Shown here: positions 56,200-64,000 of the stretch, in pieces | Layout of the letters: each line of letters starts with the position of its first letter | How positions within the stretch are numbered: the first letter of the stretch is position 1 | Assembly: GCA_035532275.1 (NCBI GenBank) | Contig: DATKRG010000203.1 | Coordinates: forward strand, 69-64,068 | Reading direction: 5' to 3' | Length of the DNA: 64,000 nt | Source of the DNA: Streptosporangiaceae bacterium | GTDB taxonomy: Bacteria; Actinomycetota; Actinomycetes; Streptosporangiales; Streptosporangiaceae | Program-made: the position numbers and the translations under genes | Notes under the pieces: generated by a model | Database searches by the model: none | Told to the model about the DNA's origin: nothing | Seen by the model: only the letters and a program-made list of their open reading frames with translations

Positions 56200-56658
56200 A
56201 TGGGAATGTCCGAGGTCCAGGAAGTCGACGAACATCCGCAGAAGATTAGTGTCAGCGCTGTCCAGCCCAATAACATGAATCCAGACGAGGGCTGGCTTGA
56301 TATGGCGGTGCAATGGGTCGTCACCCGCGCAACGGTGGGCTCCGAGAGAACCGTTTTTGGCATCACTACTTTCCCACCTGGAGCACGTCATGATATTCAC
56401 TATCACCCGCATGCTGAGGAGGTGGAATATCTCATCGAGGGCACCGGTCTGGCACGGGTGGGCGACGTCAATGTCCGGATGCGGCCGGGAGACGTCGTGG
56501 TGGCAAAAGCCAGCGAGAAGCACGGCTTCCACAACACTTCTGCCACTGAGCGGGCGGTCATGCTCTGGTGCTACGGCGGGGCGGCCAGCCTTGAGGAGGC
56601 CGGTTACGTGCATGAACCACCGGATGCCTCCGGCATGGCCCACTCCGGCGGCGAATGA
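56200..56658 (+). CDS. Cupin domain protein
   Basis: GARHDIHYHPHAEEVEYLIEG (cupin motif 1) and a GDVVVAKASEKHGFHN motif-2-like block. Confidence 0.8.
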   Translation: MGMSEVQEVDEHPQKISVSAVQPNNMNPDEGWLDMAVQWVVTRATVGSERTVFGITTFPPGARHDIHYHPHAEEVEYLIEGTGLARVGDVNVRMRPGDVVVAKASEKHGFHNTSATERAVMLWCYGGAASLEEAGYVHEPPDASGMAHSGGE

Positions 56659-56722
56659 ATCGGCCATCCTGGAGCTCAGCCGGGCTGCCAGGACTGAGTA
56701 AGGCCGCCCGGGGAGGGCGCAG

Positions 56723-57871
56723 ATGAATGTCGATGACTCCGATCGCACGCCAGCAGGCACGACGATGCGTGCCGCTGTTCTTTACGGTGCGGGTGATCTA
56801 AGAATCGAGGACAGACCACGGCCTTCGCCACGGCCGGGTGAGGTCCTGCTCGAAGTCGGAACCGTCGGCCTCTGCGGCACCGACGCCAGCGAATACACCA
56901 ACGGGCCCCGCATGTTCCCGGTCCACGAGCGGCATCCTGTCAGCGGGCACCAGGGGCCAATGATCATCGGTCACGAATTCGCTGGCCGGGTCGTGGCTCT
57001 CGGTCCTGACGTCGGTCCTGAATGGCTCGGGCGCGACGTGGCCTCGTGTGGCGCCATTTCGTGCACTGGGTGCTGGCAGTGCCAGCGGGGCCGGCCGAAT
57101 CTGTGTACCAGCTATGTCGCCGTTGGGCTGCACAGAGATGGGGCACTCGCGGAGTACGTCACAACTCCCCTGCAGAACTGCTCGCCAGTCGACACGCTGG
57201 GCATGCCACCCGATGCCGCGGCGCTTGGCCAGCCCATGTCCATCGCCGTCCACGCCTGCAGTCGCGCGCGAGTGCAGGACGGTGAGCGGGTCCTGATCTT
57301 CGGTGTGGGAGGAATCGGTGCATTCCTCGTCTACGCGGTCAGTGCCGCCGGCGGCCGGGTCATCGCCGTTGACGCCTCCGCGGACCGCCTGGCTCTCGCG
57401 GCTCGCCTTGGCGCACTCGCGACATTTGCCGCCCAGACGGCTAACGCCGAGGCGCTGGTCTCGGCCCTGGACGGTCCTCCTGAGGTGGTTTTCGAAGCGT
57501 CGGGCCGCCCAGAGGCACTAGCTCTGGCCCTCAGAGTGCTTCCGCCGGGCGGACGCCTTGTCCCAGTCGGTCTCCAGTCGCATGCCGTGGAGCTTGACCT
57601 GCGGCAGCTGACACTCTCCGAGCTCGAGTTGATCGGGACTATGGCAATGGTGCGTGAACACGACTTCGACAGGGCGCTGAAGCTGGTTGCCGGCCGCCGC
57701 GCGGGATGGGGCGATGTGGCGCCCACTGTGGTGCCGCTGGAGGAACTCGCCGCCGGAGGGCTCAAGACCATCGCCGACGGCAAGGCTGAGGCCGTGAAGC
57801 TACTTGTTGACCCTCGCACGACAACAAGTCGCCCGTCTAGAACGCGTACAACCGAATTCACGGCGGTCTGA
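56723..57871 (+). CDS. Zinc-dependent alcohol/polyol dehydrogenase
   Basis: GHEFAGRV, structural-Zn Cys cluster CTGCWQCQRGRPNLC, Rossmann IFGVGGIGAF. An alternative start is ATG 56765 (MRAAVLYG...). Confidence 0.9.
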   Translation: MNVDDSDRTPAGTTMRAAVLYGAGDLRIEDRPRPSPRPGEVLLEVGTVGLCGTDASEYTNGPRMFPVHERHPVSGHQGPMIIGHEFAGRVVALGPDVGPEWLGRDVASCGAISCTGCWQCQRGRPNLCTSYVAVGLHRDGALAEYVTTPLQNCSPVDTLGMPPDAAALGQPMSIAVHACSRARVQDGERVLIFGVGGIGAFLVYAVSAAGGRVIAVDASADRLALAARLGALATFAAQTANAEALVSALDGPPEVVFEASGRPEALALALRVLPPGGRLVPVGLQSHAVELDLRQLTLSELELIGTMAMVREHDFDRALKLVAGRRAGWGDVAPTVVPLEELAAGGLKTIADGKAEAVKLLVDPRTTTSRPSRTRTTEFTAV

Positions 57872-57947
57872 GATGGAAGGCGTCGTTGCCGCTGCGGAAC
57901 GTCGCTCCTGGTGGACTGCCCGGAACGGGCTCACCTGCCGGTGCCAA

Positions 57948-58145
57948 GCGGCAGTCCACCCGAGCGACCTGGCGGCGTCATGCGATGTCCTCATCACCAT
58001 GCTCGCTGACGACGTCGCGCTCCAAGCCTTCTACGTCGGCCCGCACGGAGCGTTGGCAGGGCTGCGGACCGGTCATCTGGTGATCGACATGAGTACCGTC
58101 TCGCCGCAAGCGTCCGCAGCCCTGGGGAGACAGATTCACGACGCC
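57948..58145 (+). pseudogene. 3-hydroxyisobutyrate/6-phosphogluconate dehydrogenase-family fragment (internal ~65 aa)
   Basis: ...SDLAASCDVLITMLADDVALQAFYVGPHGALAGLRTGHLVIDMSTVSPQASAALGRQIHDA. The Rossmann N-terminus and the whole C-terminal domain are missing. Confidence 0.6.
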
Positions 58146-58409
58146 GCGATCGCCTGGACCGCGCCAGCCCGCCGGGCGCTGGCCCGGCTGCCCGAGAAGG
58201 TCGCCACTGCCGTGGTGGAATTCCTTTACGGTTCCCTGGCAGCTAGTCCGCAGCGGGTCGGCAAGCCGCTCAAGCTCGGGCTCGAAGGGCTGCACAGTGC
58301 CCGCCGCGGCGACTACCGGGTGGGCTACCGCATCGACAACCACCGACTCCGGGTTGACGTTGTGGCTATCGAGCATCGCTCCGATATCTACCGGCCACGC
58401 CAGCTGTGA
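58146..58409 (+). pseudogene. RelE/ParE-family toxin lacking its own start, fused in frame to the dehydrogenase fragment; no antitoxin gene
   Basis: AIAWTAPARRALARLPEKVATAVVEFLYGSLAASPQRVGKPLKLGLEGLHSARRGDYRVGYRIDNHRLRVDVVAIEHRSDIYRPRQL*. The nearest in-frame ATG (58089) lies inside the dehydrogenase fragment. Confidence 0.6.
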
Positions 58410-58482
58410 GCTTCACCTGCCAGCCAGCAGGTACGGTCCCTGACCGGGTACGACCCCGGGCTGGTGGCTGGTGGACGCCGGC

Positions 58483-59319
58483 TCATGTGCCGGTGAAGCG
58501 CGGCTGGCGCTTTTGCGTGAAGGCCGTGACCCCCTCGATGAAGTCGGCCGACGTGGCCGCCTCCTGCTGGATCCGCGCTTCGAATTCGAGTTGCTCGCCC
58601 ATCCGGTGGTAGAGCCAGTTGTTGAGCTGGCGTTTGGTGCCCGCGTAGGACCTGGTCGGGCCGTCCGCCAGCCGCGAGGTAAGCTCGCCTGCGCGGGCGG
58701 CGAATTCGCTATCCGGCCAGACCCGGTTGATCAGGCCCCACTCCAGCGCTTGGGTGGCTGCGATCCGCTCGCCCAGCATGGCCATTTCCGCCGCGCGCGC
58801 GAAACCTATCCGCGACGGGACGAGCAATGACGATCCGCCGTCCGGCACTAGGCCGATGTTCACGAACGCGAGCAGGAAATACGCTGACTCGGCGGCGGCG
58901 ACCAGATCGCAGGCGAGCGCCAGCGACAAGCCGATCCCGGCCGCGGCGCCATTCACCGCGGCAACCACCGGCTTGGGCATCTCCCGGATGCCGACGATGA
59001 TCGGGTGATAGCGCTCGGTCAGCACACTGTACAGATCCAGATCACCCGATGGCGCCCGCTCCATGCCCTCCTTGAGGTCCGCACCGCTGGAGAAAGCACG
59101 TCCAGCACCAGTTATCAGCACCGCGCGCACGGCGGGGTCCTCGCCAACGGCCGTCACCGCATCCAGCAGGTCGAGCGCGAACTGCTGCGTCCAGGCGTTC
59201 ATGCGGGCGGGACGGTTCAGCTCGATCTTCGCGGCAGCGCCGCTCCGGTACAGGTTGACGGCCTCATACTCGCGGGCCAGCTCGAACTCGCTCACGACGG
59301 CCATCATCCCATCTGGCAC
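58483..59319 (-). CDS. Enoyl-CoA hydratase/isomerase family protein
   Basis: VLITGAGRAFSSGADL...VAAVNGAAAGIGLSLALACDLVAAA. Confidence 0.9.
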   Translation of the reverse strand: MPDGMMAVVSEFELAREYEAVNLYRSGAAAKIELNRPARMNAWTQQFALDLLDAVTAVGEDPAVRAVLITGAGRAFSSGADLKEGMERAPSGDLDLYSVLTERYHPIIVGIREMPKPVVAAVNGAAAGIGLSLALACDLVAAAESAYFLLAFVNIGLVPDGGSSLLVPSRIGFARAAEMAMLGERIAATQALEWGLINRVWPDSEFAARAGELTSRLADGPTRSYAGTKRQLNNWLYHRMGEQLEFEARIQQEAATSADFIEGVTAFTQKRQPRFTGT

Positions 59320-59581
59320 ACCCGCGCAGCTGACCAGTCGCCATTAGATGAGTGTGTTGTCACAGCCCGAACATGGGGCGGCAATCGGCGAACCCGGTGA
59401 CTGTCGCGCCGGTTGGTGGCTGCAACTGCCACTTGTGGCGAGTAAGGCGCAGCCGGTCGGAGACCTGCTCTCGGCCGCTTGGCAAGCCTGATCCAGCGGC
59501 GAGGAGCTAGCGGGCCTGGCGGTGGGCGTGGCTGGGTGCTGGGTCTGCCGCCGGTCTGGTGATGCTGGTGCTGGCGGGTCT

Positions 59582-60265
59582 TCACGTGCGGGGGGCAAGG
59601 TTGTCGGCTCCGGGCTGGGCGTGCTGGCGGTGAGGTGGGGCGAAGCGGCAATGCAGGGCGATGGCGCCGCTGGACAGGGCCGCCCACCCGCACCATACGG
59701 ATGCGAATCCGGAGGCGGTGAGGCGGGCGATGATGATGACGGCGACGAGGTTGGCAACGCCGAAGATTGCGACGTGGCGGTAGCCCGATGTCAGCAGCGG
59801 CCCGCACACGGCGAGGACGTACAGGGCGGTGATCAGCAGGCCGTCATGCAGCCGGACGCTGTATGCGAGGTGGTGGGGGGCGAGCCTGACCCCGACAGGG
59901 CCACGGACCATGGCCGCTAGCAGCACCGCGGCGACCAGTGCGCCGATCGCCGCGAAGGGTGTCATTATCAGCTTTCGCTGCTTCGTCGGCTCAAGCGCGA
60001 TGACGGCCAGGGGAATGAGCAGGGGCAGCGCAACGAAGGCGATCAGCAGGTAAGCCCACAGCGCGAGATGACCGATCCCAGGGGGCACATGGCCCTGGAG
60101 CCACAGCCAGGCGAGCGCCTCGATGAACTGGTGGGCGCCGAGCAGCAGGGGAATCCACGCCAAAGCGATGAGCTCGCGGCGCTGGTGGATGTGGCGGACA
60201 GCGTCGACGCCGATCGCGCTGATCACCACGCCGCCGATGAGGTCAGCCTGCGGGGAGAAGCACAC
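59582..60265 (-). CDS. Integral membrane protein of unknown function
   Basis: 227 aa with about 6-7 hydrophobic segments. No catalytic motif recognised. Confidence 0.6.
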   Translation of the reverse strand: MCFSPQADLIGGVVISAIGVDAVRHIHQRRELIALAWIPLLLGAHQFIEALAWLWLQGHVPPGIGHLALWAYLLIAFVALPLLIPLAVIALEPTKQRKLIMTPFAAIGALVAAVLLAAMVRGPVGVRLAPHHLAYSVRLHDGLLITALYVLAVCGPLLTSGYRHVAIFGVANLVAVIIIARLTASGFASVWCGWAALSSGAIALHCRFAPPHRQHAQPGADNLAPRT

Positions 60266-60850
60266 GTGCTTTCCTCATGCCAGCAACACCCCAGCCTGTT
60301 CGCCGCCCGACTTGTCCACGTCCACCCTGTACCAGAACCAGCCTCCCCCGGCAGGTACACCAGTCCCGCGAAACTAGGGTCCTTTGACCGCTCCCAGGAC
60401 TGAGTGGACCACATCCCCGCGGGCGATGACATCATCGCCCGATGCGGACCGCGATCGTGCGCGCCACCGGTGAGGTGCATCAGTCCCAGTGCGCCGGATC
60501 AACCTGACCTGCGCGTCTCAGGTGATGAGCACCGTTAGAGGCCAAAGAGGATGGAGGTGCACCAGACTGCGGGATCCACCCCCTTCGCCTGGCAGCACAC
60601 ACCCGGTATGGGTCAGGCGGCTGTGATGTTCCTGACACTATGACGGTCGCTGCAATCCTTTGCAGCGCTGCCGGGTAGCCTCTGTGGAGGCCATAGCACC
60701 GTGACCGGCCCCGGGAAACGGGGGACTTCATCGCCGAAGAGGTCACCCGGCGAGAGGGCATATCGGATGGCATTGATCGCCCCCAGGGTAATCGCCCGGG
60801 TCAGCAGCAGTTCCGCCAGCGGGTTCGCGGTGATGTCCTGGGAGTGGATC

Positions 60851-61033
60851 ATGCGTGCCGACGGGCAGGTGTTCTACCGGCTCACCAAGGTTGGCGGCCG
60901 GGGGGAGCGGAATCCGTGGAGCCTGGTCACCCAGCTGGCGGCGGCCGAGCTGCAAGCCCTCAGCGAGGAAAGATCCAAGGCCACGGCCGTGCTGGATGAT
61001 CTTGCCCGCCAGCACGGGCACAGAATCGGCTGA
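60851..61033 (+). CDS. Small hypothetical protein (60 aa)
   Basis: ATG 60851 is preceded by GGGAG at ~7 nt. MRADGQVFYRLTKVGGRGERNPWSL... Weak call. Confidence 0.3.
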   Translation: MRADGQVFYRLTKVGGRGERNPWSLVTQLAAAELQALSEERSKATAVLDDLARQHGHRIG

Positions 61034-61139
61034 GCAAGGGCGACCACGATGTGGGCTCTGGCGTAGAGCTGGTCCCGTGCGCCGGGGAGCTGCCGGCCGT
61101 GGTAGGCCATGGCCGGGTCCGGGAGCCGCCACAGCGGCC

Positions 61140-61898
61140 CTACTGAGATCTTGTTCCAGCGGGTGCCACCCCCAGCGGGTGACGGGCCCGGCGCAGAAGC
61201 GTTCTTTCGCCCAGCGTCCAGGCGGTGGTCGTCATCAGGTACAGCCCGGCCGCGAGCGGCACGAATGCGGCGATGACCACGGTGACATAGGGCACCAGCC
61301 TGGCCACCGCACCCGAGGCCAGCCCGGCCCGGCCCGCGGCTGGGCTGACGCCTGCCGTGGCGGCGCGCCGTGCCATCCGGGCGGATAGCCAGCCGATGAC
61401 AGCTAGCAGCACGAACAGGCCGGCGAATACCGCTCCCTGGGCGCTGACAGGCCCGGCGCCGCCTAGCCAGTGGCTGCCAAGCGGCGCACCGAGCAGGTCA
61501 TGGGTGAGCAGCGAGTTAGCGGCGTTGCCGATGCGCGGCGACCGGAACAGCAGGTACATGACGCTGAGCAATGGCCACTGCAGCAGCATGGGCAGGCAGC
61601 CGGCGAACATGCTGGTGCCCTCGGACTGATACAAGGCAGCCAGCTCGCGTTGCAGCCTGTCCGGCTGCCCGGCGTGCTTGTTCCGCAGCGCCTGCACCCG
61701 GGGCGCCATCTGGGCCTGCGCATCCATCCCCCGCATGGCCCGGTAACTCAGCGGCACAAGAAGCAGGCGGACGGCCACGGTGAACAGCACGATCGCGGCT
61801 GCGGCGGCCAGGCCGCCGAGCAGCGGCGTGAGAATGCTGGCAAATACTGCTACCACGTGATACGCGGCGTCGACGGGGACGCCGAGGAAAGTGGACAT
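61140..61898 (-). CDS. yidC: YidC/Oxa1-family membrane protein insertase (short actinobacterial paralogue type)
   Basis: ...LLLVPLSYRAMRGMDAQAQMAPRVQALRNKHAGQPDRLQRELAALYQSEGTSMFAGCLPMLLQWPLLSVMY... Confidence 0.8.
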   Translation of the reverse strand: MSTFLGVPVDAAYHVVAVFASILTPLLGGLAAAAAIVLFTVAVRLLLVPLSYRAMRGMDAQAQMAPRVQALRNKHAGQPDRLQRELAALYQSEGTSMFAGCLPMLLQWPLLSVMYLLFRSPRIGNAANSLLTHDLLGAPLGSHWLGGAGPVSAQGAVFAGLFVLLAVIGWLSARMARRAATAGVSPAAGRAGLASGAVARLVPYVTVVIAAFVPLAAGLYLMTTTAWTLGERTLLRRARHPLGVAPAGTRSQ

Positions 61899-62018
61899 GA
61901 CGAGAAACCTCCAGCGGGCCAGAAGCGACAGATGACTGCTGGAGACGGCCGCTCAGCCCCGGAGGGCTCGACGATCAGGGAAAGTGCCGGCCCCTACCCA
62001 GGCCTGCACCCTTTGCGA

Positions 62019-62459
62019 TCATGAGCTGGCGGCCGCCGGGACCGCCGAAGGCGCTCTGGGACGGGGCCGCCCCGCCGCATCAGGGTCGCGCTGCCGCAAG
62101 AACGCAGCACGCCAGGACTTCTCGCGCAGCGCCGTGGCGCGGCTGATCAGCGGGACAGCTGCGGACAGGCGGCCAAGCCTGACCGCGCCGGCAGCCCATA
62201 CCGCCAGCACGCCGGCCAGCACAGCCCCGGCCAGCACCGTCACGGCGACAGCCGACAGGCCAGAAGGGGCAGATACAAGATGCCCCATCACCCGCCACAG
62301 GCCAGCCAGCACCGCCAGCACACCACTGAATGCCGGCAACGCCACCACAACCTCCGCCAGCAACCCGCGGCCAAACCGCCGCTGAGACGGGCACCTGCTC
62401 GTCCAGCGTACGCCGCCGCAGCCCGTTCCGCCCGCGCCGGCCATCCTCGAAACGCCCAC
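62019..62459 (-). CDS. DUF6412-like small membrane protein (start uncertain)
   Basis: Hydrophobic core followed by ...SWRAAFLRQRDPDAAGRPRPRAPS, which I remember as the conserved C-terminal block of DUF6412 proteins that accompany this YidC paralogue. Confidence 0.5.
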   Translation of the reverse strand: MGVSRMAGAGGTGCGGVRWTSRCPSQRRFGRGLLAEVVVALPAFSGVLAVLAGLWRVMGHLVSAPSGLSAVAVTVLAGAVLAGVLAVWAAGAVRLGRLSAAVPLISRATALREKSWRAAFLRQRDPDAAGRPRPRAPSAVPAAASS

Positions 62460-62480
62460 GGGTGAGCTTCCCGGTCGCGG

Positions 62481-63743
62481 TCAGCGGATGCGAAGCGGGA
62501 GTGTGCGCGGGCCGCGGATCTGGCCTGCGGACCACATCACCGCCGAGGGGTCAGCGAGGCTGAACGCCGGGATCCGCTCAAGCCAGGCTTCGAGGGCGAC
62601 CCGGAGCTCCATGCGCGCCAGGTGCGAACCCACGCAGCGGTGGATGCCGATCCCGAACGCGGCGTGCCGGTTGACCTCGCGGTCGATGACGACCTCACCT
62701 GCCCGGTCGAACTGCGCCGGGTCGCGGTTGGCGGCCGGGAACGACAGCAAGATCCAGTCATCGGCCTTCATGTCGACGCCGTGCCAGTGCATGTCCTTCT
62801 TCACCAGCCGCGCCATCGTGACCGGCGCATAGGCCCGGAAGAACTCCTCGGTCGCGGTCGGCAGCAGCCCGGGCTCGGCGACGAGCCGCTCGCGGTCGCC
62901 GGGAGTCTTCGCCAGATGCCACAGCGAGGCGCCGATCGCGCTCCACGTCGTGTCGATGCCGGCGATCAGCAGCAGGGCCATCGTGCCGGCGACGTGGGAC
63001 GGGTCGAGCTTGCGCCCGTAGAGCTCCGCGTTGAGCAGGTAGCCCGTGAGGTCGTTCCGCGGGTTGTCGAGGTGGTCGTGGATCTGGGCAAGCAGGTAGT
63101 CGAACAGCCGTGAGACCCGCGTGATCCGCTCATCTGGCGGCAGGTTGATGCCTTCGAGCAGGTCCTCGACGAACTCCCGGAACTGCGGCCCGTCTTGCGG
63201 TGGGAAGCCGAGCATGTCGGCGATGACCCGCATCGGGATGTGCTGCGCGTAGTCGGCGGCGGCGTCAACCACGTCCCGCCCTTCGAAGGCGTCGATGAGT
63301 GAGTGGCAGAACGCCCGGGTGGCCGGCTCCTGCTTGGCCACGGCCCTCTTGGTGAACGCGGGAAGCAGCAGCTTACGCGCGTCATGGTGGAACGGCGGGT
63401 CGGAGGAGATCGGCGGGGAGCCGCCGATCGGTGCCAGTTCGCGGGGCGGCCGGAAGTTGCTCAGGATGATCGACCGCGAGGAGAAGCGCTCGGTGTCATA
63501 GGCGATCGCCGACACATCTTTATAGCGCGTCGGCAGCCAGGCGCCACCGAACCGGGTGGTGTGCGCGATCGGGCAGCGCTGCCGCAGGTCGTCCTGGATC
63601 GGGTAGGGATCGGCGGACCACTCCGGCTCGAGATGGGAGAAGTCGGTCGCCCAGTCTGAGACAGGGCCGGTGATGATCTCGTTGCGTGTGCCGAGGGGCT
63701 GATCCTCCCGGAAGTCCTCGGTGAAGCGGTCATCGACGGCCAT
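62481..63743 (-). CDS. Cytochrome P450
   Basis: ATG 63743 lies within ORF 62481-63932. Heme loop FGIGIHRCVGSHLA, I-helix LLLIAGIDTTWS, ExxR EFFRAYAPV. Confidence 0.9.
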   Translation of the reverse strand: MAVDDRFTEDFREDQPLGTRNEIITGPVSDWATDFSHLEPEWSADPYPIQDDLRQRCPIAHTTRFGGAWLPTRYKDVSAIAYDTERFSSRSIILSNFRPPRELAPIGGSPPISSDPPFHHDARKLLLPAFTKRAVAKQEPATRAFCHSLIDAFEGRDVVDAAADYAQHIPMRVIADMLGFPPQDGPQFREFVEDLLEGINLPPDERITRVSRLFDYLLAQIHDHLDNPRNDLTGYLLNAELYGRKLDPSHVAGTMALLLIAGIDTTWSAIGASLWHLAKTPGDRERLVAEPGLLPTATEEFFRAYAPVTMARLVKKDMHWHGVDMKADDWILLSFPAANRDPAQFDRAGEVVIDREVNRHAAFGIGIHRCVGSHLARMELRVALEAWLERIPAFSLADPSAVMWSAGQIRGPRTLPLRIR

Positions 63744-63744
63744 G

Positions 63745-63945
63745 TCACGCCTCCGTGAGGACTTCGATCGCGCGCTCGGGACAGTTGGAGGCCGCGAGGC
63801 GTGCCTCGCGCTCTTTCCCCGGCGGCACGGCACCGCCGTGCAGGACCGTCCCGTAGCCCTCATCGTCCTCGCCGAACAGGCCGGGGGCCAGGTCGTAGCA
63901 GCGGCCGTGCCCTTGGCAGCGTTCGGAGTCAATCCGCACTTTCAC
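63745..63945 (-). CDS. Ferredoxin (3Fe-4S type, P450 redox partner)
   Basis: MKVRIDSERCQGHGRCYDLAPGLF...SNCPERAI. The stop lies 1 nt before the P450 start. Confidence 0.85.
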   Translation of the reverse strand: MKVRIDSERCQGHGRCYDLAPGLFGEDDEGYGTVLHGGAVPPGKEREARLAASNCPERAIEVLTEA

Positions 63946-64000
63946 CGCGTTGTCCCTATCTGTGCCGCGACGCCTTAGCCCGAGGATATGGCGCAGGTCA

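Noticed and set aside
60613-60852. 79-aa minus-strand ORF sharing a CATG start with the + strand ORF at 60851
   Set aside because: There is no Shine-Dalgarno upstream and its start codon overlaps the opposite-strand ATG, which does have a GGGAG. Both cannot easily be real, and neither has recognisable motifs.
1-64000. CRISPR arrays, tRNA, rRNA, tmRNA
   Set aside because: I scanned the non-coding gaps (7.8-8.05, 25.5-25.76, 26.7-27.2, 37.9-38.2, 45.4-45.97, 46.8-47.7, 60.3-61.1 kb). There are no regularly spaced repeats beyond the 22-bp duplication, and no cloverleaf-like or rRNA-like sequence that I could recognise.
63975-64000. Possible 3' end of another minus-strand gene at the right edge (...DLRHILGL*)
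   Set aside because: Only 8 codons are visible, too short to support any call.

Overview
High-G+C, actinobacterial-type chromosomal window that is strongly mosaic. All family calls come from reading the supplied translations and my own hand translations. No HMM or BLAST was run. (1) 1-7.8 kb: a LacI-type regulator (runs off the left edge, absent from the ORF track) sits divergent from an operon. The operon encodes a HisD-like dehydrogenase, a three-subunit molybdenum hydroxylase (FAD / 2Fe-2S / Mo subunits, not a true CO dehydrogenase), an SDR and a cyclase/formamidase-family protein. (2) 7.8-27.2 kb is an accessory, defence-type region. It holds a translationally coupled pair (small putative DNA-binding/DUF5678-like protein + retropepsin-like aspartyl protease), a 3'-truncated aminotransferase with its divergent LysR regulator, and a type I Wadjet operon. 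The Wadjet operon has apparently intact jetA-jetB-jetC, but jetD is cut down to its first ~160 codons. Immediately upstream on the same strand (54-nt gap) lie a ~1,600-aa DEAD/DEAH helicase with a C-terminal DUF1998-type Cys module and a 629-aa protein with no recognisable motifs, a Druantia type III-like pair. The region ends with a RelE/ParE 3' fragment, an alpha/beta hydrolase and a decayed tyrosine-recombinase remnant. (3) 27-38 kb: GNAT, enoyl-CoA hydratase, TetR, an acyl-CoA synthetase remnant, ferredoxin, two acyl-CoA dehydrogenases, two thiolase-like proteins, a DUF35 OB-fold gene broken by a G5 homopolymer frameshift, an SDR and a class B flavin monooxygenase. This looks like a lipid/steroid-side-chain beta-oxidation cluster. 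(4) 38-42 kb: histidine kinase + OmpR-type regulator divergent from an S53 (sedolisin) lipoprotein peptidase. (5) 42.7-44.06 kb: a graveyard of IS630-family, ISAs1-family and SF2-helicase fragments. (6) 44.07-~57.9 kb: a catabolic island with visibly lower G+C (M24 peptidase, XRE-cupin regulator, sugar-type ABC transporter, SDR, TIM-barrel isomerase, two Zn-dehydrogenases, LVIVD-repeat protein, cupin). (7) 57.9-64 kb: a chimeric 3-hydroxyisobutyrate-dehydrogenase-fragment/RelE-fragment ORF, enoyl-CoA hydratase, membrane protein, YidC + DUF6412-like protein, and cytochrome P450 + ferredoxin. I saw no rRNA, tRNA or CRISPR array. Most long antisense ORFs in the track are high-G+C shadow ORFs.
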